Below the pieces are notes generated by a model. It did no database searches and was not told where the DNA came from. It saw nothing but the letters and a program-made list of their open reading frames with translations. A stretch of DNA of 64,000 bases from a virus (lineage: Duplodnaviria > Caudoviricetes): positions 174 to 64,173 of IMG/VR virus record IMGVR_UViG_2548876808_000001, one strand, 5' to 3'. Positions 25,820 to 33,842 of the stretch are shown here, piece after piece. Numbering within the stretch: the stretch's first letter is position 1; every line of letters starts with the position of its first letter. Position numbers and translations under genes: made by a program.

Positions 25820-26953
25820 ATGAAAATTTCTTCAGATATGCCACCCTTTGGTGACATCCTTAATGCAGGTATTCAGTCAGTCAAACAGTTGTGTAATCGA
25901 ACCAATGGAATTACATCTAAAGCTTTTGATAAGACGGTGAGAGAAATTGCAGGAATTACAGATGATCATTTAAAAGTATCTTTTGTAGATCCTGAGTTTC
26001 CTATACATGAAGATGAAGACATGATTGATTCTTGTTATGACTATTTAACTGGGGTAATGCTAACTTGTCTTGTTGCAATAGGCGCCATAAAGAGCGAAAT
26101 TTTTAATATTGAAGCGAATCTAGGACGTTCTTCTGTCCATCTCATCCCCTTCAATAGTAGGATTACTCCTGAGAATCTAACAAAAATAGATCCTTTTGGT
26201 AAAATTTATTTTTGGCTGGCAGGTGATAATTTTGTAAATCATCGACACTCTGATGTTTCTTCTAATACATATGAATCGAAACTAGATAGATTTGATTCTA
26301 GGAGTTTTCGAGTATTACGTGAGGTTAATAAATCTGCTTATGGGGAAAAAGGTGATCCTTTAATCAATCATTTAATTAGCGAAACGATGCGTCGTACTTC
26401 TGTATTCATGAACAACTACGCCAATGTAATTGCAGCGAACGACTATGTAAAAGTAACTCCGAAAATGATATTAGATGAGATTTTCCATTTAACTCCATTA
26501 CAGTTTGAGCATCTTTGTTTAAATGTAGTTGAAACCTCGTTAAAACGCGAAGATCCAAATGCTACTTTCAGTTCAAGACATACAGGACAGAGTAATGATG
26601 GCGGAATAGATGGTATTATTAAGCAAGACTGTGGCGCTGGCGAGATTCATACTTATTATATTCAAGCTAAACAGTACAGCGAAGGCAACACTATATCTAA
26701 TAAAGAACTGCGCAATTTTGTTGGTGGTTTTACACCTGATATCAAGTACCATCACGGTATATTTATTACTACAAGTGAATTTACCAAGCCAGCCCAAGAT
26801 TATGCTAAAAAATTAGAAAGTCATAGTTTGACTTTAATTAATAAAATGGCCTTGCTAGATCTAATGTTGGAACATGAGATAGGGTTAGAGAAAGTACAGA
26901 CAGAAACGTTAGTCATGAATAAGTCGTTCTTTAGAGAATTGCGAAAGAATTAA
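25820..26953 (+). CDS. mrr: Mrr-like (type IV) restriction endonuclease
   Basis: HTGQSNDGGIDGII...YIQAKQY...ELRNFVGG...GIFITTSEFTKPAQDYA Mrr catalytic domain. Confidence 0.88.
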   Translation: MKISSDMPPFGDILNAGIQSVKQLCNRTNGITSKAFDKTVREIAGITDDHLKVSFVDPEFPIHEDEDMIDSCYDYLTGVMLTCLVAIGAIKSEIFNIEANLGRSSVHLIPFNSRITPENLTKIDPFGKIYFWLAGDNFVNHRHSDVSSNTYESKLDRFDSRSFRVLREVNKSAYGEKGDPLINHLISETMRRTSVFMNNYANVIAANDYVKVTPKMILDEIFHLTPLQFEHLCLNVVETSLKREDPNATFSSRHTGQSNDGGIDGIIKQDCGAGEIHTYYIQAKQYSEGNTISNKELRNFVGGFTPDIKYHHGIFITTSEFTKPAQDYAKKLESHSLTLINKMALLDLMLEHEIGLEKVQTETLVMNKSFFRELRKN

Positions 26954-26968
26954 TGTCTAAGAAGAATT

Positions 26969-26996
26969 AACCCACCGCATAATCGGTGGGTTTTTT
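26969..26996 (+). terminator. intrinsic terminator
   Basis: AACCCACCG-CATAAT-CGGTGGGTT followed by a T run. Confidence 0.8.
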
Positions 26997-27092
26997 ACTA
27001 TTATGGGGATGGTTAATATATTTTTTAGGTATGAACTTGTAGTTTCCTATATGCTAAATTAAGTATAAATTAACCTACATTTGGAAAATTCT

Positions 27093-29303
27093 ATGAGAAC
27101 TGAGCAAGAAATTTTTGATCAACTAGAGTTACTTAGTACCCAAGAAGGTTTTTGGGAAGTTGTCGCTTTTTTTTGTTGTAAAGACACTTTCATTTACTTT
27201 TCTAGTGAAAAGTTAGATAGAGAAGCTTTCTCACAAGTTTACGATAGGACTCGGCTATCTAGAACTGAACTTTCGACACTCATTGGCCTTGCATGCAAAA
27301 GTGGATTTAATGATAAAAAATTGGAATTAGATAAATTAAAAGAAAAAGCTGAGCTTGTCTGGCGGCTTCTTGACGAATTACACCATAGCTTTTATCCCTC
27401 ACTAGATATTGAAGCTTTGTCTGCAAAATTTGATAACAAAGATAGTGATGATATACCTGACTTTGGTGAATTCATACGAGATATAAATCCAACTATAGAT
27501 AAGAATCACTTTATGCGTGAAGCTATTTTCTACGGAGGGGACGGAGTTTTTAAACATCAATATAGAGATTTAGCTAAACGTCGTTATTCTCTTGATGAAG
27601 ATTGGATTGAAGCACATAAAGGTTTTAGAATTTCGCAAGCAGTTGATATTATTTCTGCAATAGAACAAATTCAATTAGAGAAAGTTAATACAGCTGTCTC
27701 TTCAGTAGAAGGTTGGCCATTACCATACCATCTACCTTTATTTAGTTTCAATGTCTCCGAAGTTGTAACTCAAAGTGGTTTGAATGAAGGAGTTGTCAGA
27801 GCTGTGATTGCTGCATTTTCGGCTAAGGCTGAAGAAGGGATGAAATGCTTTAAATCCGTAGATGACTTTAACTACAAAAATGCTTTTCCTATAATCAAAG
27901 TTGATGAAGATAACTTTGTAAGCTTTCAAGCATATAGCTTATGGGAAGCTCTCTATGAAAATCCGTTCTTTTGGTTTAACGCAGATGACGCTTATAAAGT
28001 TATAGCAAGTGACCATAGAGGAGCTTTTACAGAAGATTTTACTGCTGAGCGTTTAGCACTAGTGTTTGGTGAAGAAAATGTTCTAACCAACATAGATATC
28101 TTCGATGGTAAAGACAAGGCGGGAGAAATCGATGTCTTGGTCACATTTGGCGAATTCGCGATAGTGGTACAAGCCAAATCCAAAAAGCTCACTATTGAAG
28201 CTCGTAAAGGAAATAGTAAGCAACTTGAAAGTGATTTTAAAAAAGCAATTCAAGATGCTTATAACCAAGCGCACTTGTGCAGCCAACTGTTACAGAAAGA
28301 CGGATGTGTGTATAGAGATGAATCTGGCAACGAAATCAATATTCCATCTAGTTTTAAGACGATATTTCCTGTTTGTATTGTGTCCGATCACTTTCCTGCT
28401 CTTTCTGCTCAAGCTAGACACTTTCTAAAGTATCAAACTACCGATGTAATAAAGCACCCTTATGTAATGGATGTTTTTTTAATTGATATGATCACAGAAA
28501 TGCTGGCATCTCCATTATTGGTTTTAGACTACCTCATTAAGCGAAGCGACTATGGTGAGTCAGTCCTTTCTAACCATGAGCTAGTAATACTTTCAATATA
28601 CATAAAGCAAAACCTTTATTTCAGTGAAAACCCTGACCTAATTATGCTGGATGATGATATTTCGGTAGATTTGGAGTTAGCGATGCTGGCTAGAAGGGAC
28701 GGTTATGAAGGCGAAACGACACCTGAAGGTTTACTTACTGCTCATAAAAATACCCATATAGGAGGAATAATCGATGACATTAAATTATCGACTGATTATG
28801 GTCTCCAGCAGCTAGGGTTTCTACTTCTATCAATGAGTAGTGATACCATTGACCAACTTAATGAATTCATTTCAAAGATGGTTGCTCAATTTAAAAAGGA
28901 CTATCGCCACCATGATATTTCTCTTCCTTTTCCCGAGGAAAAAACAGGTTTAACAATTCATTGTAATGAAAACGAAAGTGATACTGCATATAAGAAGCTT
29001 GTTGCCCATTGCGAGAAACGAAAATACACTTACAAAGCAGAATCTTGGGTAGGGTGCTGTTTTAGTCCCAACCAAGGTAGATTCCGATTTGCTTCTTACC
29101 ATGAAAGTAAGTGGGTCAAATCAGATGAGATGGAAAAGTTGGTAGCGAATCTCAAGCCTACTTCATCAGCAGTTCGTATAAAAGATATAAAAAAACTCTC
29201 CTTTGGCCAAAAGCCACAGATAACTCATGAAAAGATAGGAAGAAATGAGCCTTGTCCATGCGGTAATGATAAAAAGTACAAGCACTGCTGTATAAACAAG
29301 TAG
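27093..29303 (+). CDS. NERD/PD-(D/E)xK nuclease-domain protein with C-terminal SEC-C zinc motif
   Basis: GEIDVLVTFGEFAIVVQAKSKK nuclease motif; KIGRNEPCPCGNDKKYKHCC SEC-C motif; probable start ATG 27093. Confidence 0.8.
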   Translation: MRTEQEIFDQLELLSTQEGFWEVVAFFCCKDTFIYFSSEKLDREAFSQVYDRTRLSRTELSTLIGLACKSGFNDKKLELDKLKEKAELVWRLLDELHHSFYPSLDIEALSAKFDNKDSDDIPDFGEFIRDINPTIDKNHFMREAIFYGGDGVFKHQYRDLAKRRYSLDEDWIEAHKGFRISQAVDIISAIEQIQLEKVNTAVSSVEGWPLPYHLPLFSFNVSEVVTQSGLNEGVVRAVIAAFSAKAEEGMKCFKSVDDFNYKNAFPIIKVDEDNFVSFQAYSLWEALYENPFFWFNADDAYKVIASDHRGAFTEDFTAERLALVFGEENVLTNIDIFDGKDKAGEIDVLVTFGEFAIVVQAKSKKLTIEARKGNSKQLESDFKKAIQDAYNQAHLCSQLLQKDGCVYRDESGNEINIPSSFKTIFPVCIVSDHFPALSAQARHFLKYQTTDVIKHPYVMDVFLIDMITEMLASPLLVLDYLIKRSDYGESVLSNHELVILSIYIKQNLYFSENPDLIMLDDDISVDLELAMLARRDGYEGETTPEGLLTAHKNTHIGGIIDDIKLSTDYGLQQLGFLLLSMSSDTIDQLNEFISKMVAQFKKDYRHHDISLPFPEEKTGLTIHCNENESDTAYKKLVAHCEKRKYTYKAESWVGCCFSPNQGRFRFASYHESKWVKSDEMEKLVANLKPTSSAVRIKDIKKLSFGQKPQITHEKIGRNEPCPCGNDKKYKHCCINK

Positions 29304-29342
29304 GAACACCCCACAAGCCAGCCTCAAAACGCCCCTTAAACT
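29303..29342 (+). promoter_or_regulatory. late promoter motif 2 (prohead protease operon)
   Basis: GGAACA-N28-TAAACT; the -10 overlaps a terminator-like hairpin at 29331-29377. Confidence 0.75.
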
Positions 29343-29378
29343 AGACGTATTCAACGTTTACTTTAAGGGGCTTTTTTC

Positions 29379-30314
29379 ATGCCAAAAAAAACAGAGCTAA
29401 TTACTTACAATCTAGCTAATCGGGACCGTAAGCACAACGGCATCGATCGCTCAGATATGGACATTAGATCCGCAATCAATCATATCAATTCACCCGGTGT
29501 CCAAGAGCTTGTAAATAGTGGCGACCTATTCGGCTATTACGGCCACGAAATCCGCGCACGATTTGGTATGAATCCGCCTGATTCTTGGATTGGACCTAAC
29601 GGCGAAACAATCCGTATTGAGCCCGCTATTCGCACTATCAAATTGTCAGCAGATAATGACGGCAATGTCAGTGCGAAGCACGAGTTTCTAGATACCGATA
29701 GTGGCAAATATTCACGTAACTTGTACCTTGGCAAAGCTGGCGGATTTAGTAGTGCCATCACGCGTAAGCGTGGCAATGCTGGCATGTATGACGTGACAGG
29801 TTTTCACGGTTTTGATTACGTACGCCAGCCAAACTACAACACCAATCGTGGCAATGCCTTATTTGACTCCTTATTCATCGAAGGAGAGGAAGGTGAGCTT
29901 TGTTTCGACAGTATTACTAACGTCACGCCTCAGCAAGCCGCTATCAAGTCAGCACTTGAGACGGCAATCTTGCATCAATACGACAACATTAATGGGGCTA
30001 TAAGCGCGCAGGCAATGATTGAGCATTATCAAAATGAAGCCGCGCAAGCTCAAGACGCATATTTAACCCGCCAGCAAAATCTTGAAAGACTCAGAACGCG
30101 CCGCGGCGACCGTGAAGACGAAATACTTGATGGCCTAATCTGCCAATCAACTTCATTTGATTCGGTGCAAGCCGAGTGGGATAGCTTTGCTTTTGACAGT
30201 ACCAGTGATCAAGACCTCAAAACAGCTTTGAGTGCTGCAGAAGAACAAGCGGAACGTTTAGAACTCGCAGAACGCCGTGACCGCCGCTCTATTTTCAGTC
30301 GCCTACGTCGTTAA
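29379..30314 (+). CDS. pro: prohead protease, P1 Pro-like
   Basis: GDLFGYYGH, AGGFSS and FHGFDYVRQPNY match P1 Pro blocks recalled from memory. Confidence 0.8.
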   Translation: MPKKTELITYNLANRDRKHNGIDRSDMDIRSAINHINSPGVQELVNSGDLFGYYGHEIRARFGMNPPDSWIGPNGETIRIEPAIRTIKLSADNDGNVSAKHEFLDTDSGKYSRNLYLGKAGGFSSAITRKRGNAGMYDVTGFHGFDYVRQPNYNTNRGNALFDSLFIEGEEGELCFDSITNVTPQQAAIKSALETAILHQYDNINGAISAQAMIEHYQNEAAQAQDAYLTRQQNLERLRTRRGDREDEILDGLICQSTSFDSVQAEWDSFAFDSTSDQDLKTALSAAEEQAERLELAERRDRRSIFSRLRR

Positions 30315-30326
30315 TTGGAGCATGTT

Positions 30327-31223
30327 ATGAGTCAAGAACATCATTTAATGTCGCCTCAAGAGTCCATCCAAATCGCGTGGGGTAAGAAGCTTCGTGATTT
30401 CAGGCAATGGTGCTCGCCAGCTGGCCAGCAATCAATCAGAGACTGGAAAACACGCCGCGTTGAAGGTGCAATCGTGGTTGGCAAAACCAGCATGATTGAT
30501 GATGCAGAAGCCTTGCTTAGGTCTGTACAAGAAAACGATAACGCTACCGCCAGTAACGACCCCACAAACTCAGGCACATCTGTCAGTTTGCCAGTCATGA
30601 TTACTGCCATCAGTGGCGTTGAGTCACCACCTGAAAGGGATATAGTAATTGGCCAACCGTACTGGCAAAACATTGTCGTACCAACTGACCCTTTGCAGCG
30701 TGTGGTGCAACTACGCACTACGCCAGTCACTTATCGTTGTCAGATTGCTTTCTTTTGCTCAGACCCTCACGCGGCATCCTCCATTGCCAACCAGTTTGTC
30801 AGCTTTTGGAAAAACGAAGCAAAGCGTGGCTTTGACGTGTCTTACGATTTGGCCAACGCTGGCACGACCATTATTAGAGAGAGTTGGAATTTTCGAGTTG
30901 TCGAAAATACGCTGTTCCCTGACAAAATTGATATTGGGGTTAAAACAATCTATGGCACGACCGTAGATTGCTTGATTGTAGGACTTGAACCCACAGTCGT
31001 CGGTCTTGGCGGGCTTGATGATGACATTACAGACACAGGTGAACCGGACGGCAGCATACCGCCAGGTCTACCGCCAATTGATGGCGGGCGTGATCCTGAT
31101 GATGAGCTAAACAGTTTCGTCGTTGAGGCTGATGTGATCGAAGAGGCTACAGACACTCATACACGCGTCACCATAGATCCTATCACTGGCCAAATCACTG
31201 AAAGCCACATAGGGGGTTATTAG
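30327..31223 (+). CDS. virion morphogenesis protein, possibly tail terminator/neck
   Basis: About 298 aa in the late operon; RBS GGAG before ATG 30327. Confidence 0.55.
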   Translation: MSQEHHLMSPQESIQIAWGKKLRDFRQWCSPAGQQSIRDWKTRRVEGAIVVGKTSMIDDAEALLRSVQENDNATASNDPTNSGTSVSLPVMITAISGVESPPERDIVIGQPYWQNIVVPTDPLQRVVQLRTTPVTYRCQIAFFCSDPHAASSIANQFVSFWKNEAKRGFDVSYDLANAGTTIIRESWNFRVVENTLFPDKIDIGVKTIYGTTVDCLIVGLEPTVVGLGGLDDDITDTGEPDGSIPPGLPPIDGGRDPDDELNSFVVEADVIEEATDTHTRVTIDPITGQITESHIGGY

Positions 31224-31225
31224 TT

Positions 31226-31765
31226 ATGAGCGAACAAACGCCTAAAAAGCCAATCAACTCAAAAGTCGTTGTTATTGACGCGCGAGCAGCAACTTACGAC
31301 GGCGACGCGGTAAGAGTGTTAGCAGCAACGCTTGTAGACAGCGGGAAAATCAAAATACAACGCTCAGCAGAATGGAAAGAACAGCTAGTCAATACGCCAA
31401 ACACCCTTGTCGTCACAGATACGCCAAATGTATTTAACCATTGGGGTATGTCTTTTGATGAGCGAGAGCAGATGCGTGAAGTCATGGCTTCCTATAAAGC
31501 TGCAGTAGCAAGCAACTTATTGTTGATTGAGCCTGCATTGAAACAATACGACCCACGCAACGTCATACAGACGCGCAAAGTTGATGACAAGGGGCGTGCA
31601 CTAGACTTTGACAGCATGGGTATTAATAACGGTCACATTGCCGTATTGCTTGCCGTCTGGGCAGCTAGAAAGGCACACGGTGGCTATGTAATCACACGAC
31701 CAAGCGAGCAGCTGCAAAATGACGCTGGAGACGACAGCTATGACATGATGCCGTTCAGCATCTAA
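31226..31765 (+). CDS. hypothetical late protein
   Basis: 179 aa, immediately before the terminase large subunit. Confidence 0.7.
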   Translation: MSEQTPKKPINSKVVVIDARAATYDGDAVRVLAATLVDSGKIKIQRSAEWKEQLVNTPNTLVVTDTPNVFNHWGMSFDEREQMREVMASYKAAVASNLLLIEPALKQYDPRNVIQTRKVDDKGRALDFDSMGINNGHIAVLLAVWAARKAHGGYVITRPSEQLQNDAGDDSYDMMPFSI

Positions 31766-31775
31766 GTGAGTAGCA

Positions 31776-33743
31776 ATGATAGAGAGTTTATTAGAGCTGC
31801 CTGAATGGCTTGAAGTTTGCGACCGGTATCGGTATGACATCACGCGTTTCGCCGTTGAAGCATTAAACATGACGTTTGATGCGGGCCAAGCGGTAACGCA
31901 TCAACAAGAGCTGCTTTTTAAGTCAATTCAAATACCGGGTAGTCGTACATCGGTTGCTTCAGGCCATGGTTGTTTTGGCTATAACACCAAAATCATGCTG
32001 TCAGATGGATCGTCTAAGTATGTGCAAGATATTTGCGTGGACGACCTTCTTATGGGCGATGACGGCAAAAGCGTTCGTAATGTCATGGACCTTGCTCGAG
32101 GCACAGAAAACCTCTATCGCTTCACTTATAGCGATGGCAGCAACTACGTTTTTAACGAAAGCCATATCTTGGTAGTACGCCGGGCCGGTATCGAAAAAAC
32201 TCTAACCGTTAAAGATTATGTCGAGCATGACATTGGTCCTGGCTTTTATTGCTTCAGTAATGTTGGCGGCGTACTGGTTGATATGCCAGTTGTCAGCATT
32301 GAGCCGCTAGGTGAAGGTCGGTATTACGGATTTACGCTTGATGGCAATGGTCAGTTTTTGGGTGCTGACGGCATGGTGCTGCATAACACGGGTAAATCCC
32401 GTAGTGCTGGCATCATCGCATTGTGGCATCTTCTTTTCTATCCTGAATCCGTCATGTTGTTCACAGCACCGCAAATTGGCCAGCTGCGCACGGTCGTGTG
32501 GAAAGAGATTAATATCTGTATCCAGCGCTTGCGCAATAACCCGATACTAGGCTGGCTAGCCGATTTTATCGTCGTGCTATCAGAAAAAATTTACATCAAA
32601 GGCTTTAAAGATACCTGGTTCGTGTTCGCCAAAACGGCGCCTAAGCATCAGCCGACAAACATTGCCGGACAGCATGGCGACCACTATATGGTTTGGGCCG
32701 ACGAAGCATGTGGTATCGATGATGCTGTCATGGAAGTTGCGATCGGTGCATTGACTCATGAAAATAACCGAGCAGTATTAACGAGCCAGCCAGCAACCAA
32801 TACGGGTTTCTTTTACGACACGCATCACAGTCTAAGCTACAAAAAAGGCGGGATATGGATTGCGTTAGAGTTTAATGGCGAATTATCACCACTGGTTTCT
32901 AAAGCCAAGTTAGTCGAAGCCCTATATCAATACGGTAGCCGCAATCACCCCGGTTATCTCATTCGTATTCGTGGCAAGTTCCCTGAATTGAAAGGGAAGT
33001 TCCTATTAACACGCTCTGAAATTGCGCGGATGATTAAGCGTAAGCCGGTCGTCACTGAGCAAGACGAATATGGTTATATCATTACAGTCGACGTAGGCGG
33101 CAACGTTGGGCGCGATCACAGTGTTATCACCGTCGCAAAAGTTGTTGATAAAGATTATAAGGGCCGTGATGAGCGACACACCCACATTGTCGACATCCCA
33201 TTGTTTAGCAACCGTGCCGATATCAACGAGCTTAAGGCTCAGATTTACGCAGCAGTTGCAGAGTATCCAGGCGCGACACTGGTTATCGATCCAATGGGCG
33301 CGGGTATGGGACTTTGCCAGTCGTTAAAAGCTGAAGGGTTATATTTTGAGTCTGTGCATTGGGGTGGTCCTTGCTTTAACAATTCACTGAAACTGGATTA
33401 CTTTAATAAGCGCGCTCATGCTTATGTGACCATGACCAGAGCTGTTGATCGCGGGATCTTTAGCATCTCGTCAAAAGTACTCAGGATGTATCAGTTGATG
33501 CAGAATTTTGAGACACAGATGAGCCGGTTGCCTTACTTTTTCGATGAGAAGGGACGTTGGGGAATCATGAGTAAGAAAGACATGTTAAGCGAAGGTATTA
33601 CCTCGCCTGACATCGCGGATACGCTAGCTTTTATTTATATGGAGAGAATTAGCTATTCACCAAGTAATAACGTGACATTTAAAGGTACCGAAAAAGAACA
33701 AGAGGACTGGGACGAGCTCAATGAATTTGCCGATGCAATGTAG
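31776..33743 (+). CDS. pacB: terminase large subunit, P1 PacB-like, interrupted by a mini-intein
   Basis: WLEVCDRYRYD; Walker A SGHG/TGKS; Walker B VWADEA; LTSQP; nuclease VDVGG...SPDIADT. Confidence 0.92.
   Translation: MIESLLELPEWLEVCDRYRYDITRFAVEALNMTFDAGQAVTHQQELLFKSIQIPGSRTSVASGHGCFGYNTKIMLSDGSSKYVQDICVDDLLMGDDGKSVRNVMDLARGTENLYRFTYSDGSNYVFNESHILVVRRAGIEKTLTVKDYVEHDIGPGFYCFSNVGGVLVDMPVVSIEPLGEGRYYGFTLDGNGQFLGADGMVLHNTGKSRSAGIIALWHLLFYPESVMLFTAPQIGQLRTVVWKEINICIQRLRNNPILGWLADFIVVLSEKIYIKGFKDTWFVFAKTAPKHQPTNIAGQHGDHYMVWADEACGIDDAVMEVAIGALTHENNRAVLTSQPATNTGFFYDTHHSLSYKKGGIWIALEFNGELSPLVSKAKLVEALYQYGSRNHPGYLIRIRGKFPELKGKFLLTRSEIARMIKRKPVVTEQDEYGYIITVDVGGNVGRDHSVITVAKVVDKDYKGRDERHTHIVDIPLFSNRADINELKAQIYAAVAEYPGATLVIDPMGAGMGLCQSLKAEGLYFESVHWGGPCFNNSLKLDYFNKRAHAYVTMTRAVDRGIFSISSKVLRMYQLMQNFETQMSRLPYFFDEKGRWGIMSKKDMLSEGITSPDIADTLAFIYMERISYSPSNNVTFKGTEKEQEDWDELNEFADAM
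31971..32387 (+). mobile_element. mini-intein (139 aa, no homing endonuclease) in the terminase Walker A motif
   Basis: Starts CFGYNTKIMLSDGS (block A), contains FNESHIL (block B), ends YYGFTLDGNGQFLGADGMVLHN followed by Thr +1. Confidence 0.92.
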
Positions 33744-33768
33744 AGTTATACGCCAGTATTGTTATGTT

Positions 33769-33807
33769 GGAACACGCCAGCGGCGCCGTGAGATTAGCCG
33801 TTAGAAT
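33769..33807 (+). promoter_or_regulatory. late promoter motif 3 (tail fibre operon)
   Basis: GGAACA-N27-TAGAAT. Confidence 0.65.
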
Positions 33808-33842
33808 TATAAACATCAAAACAGCAATCACGGATAACAATC

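Noticed and set aside
16825-26874. Additional GGAACA late promoters at 16825, 17003 and 26869
   Set aside because: They are inside coding sequence and lack an xAxxxT hexamer 27-28 bp downstream
27093-29303. SecA translocase
   Set aside because: Only the short SEC-C zinc motif is shared; there are no DEAD-like ATPase motifs
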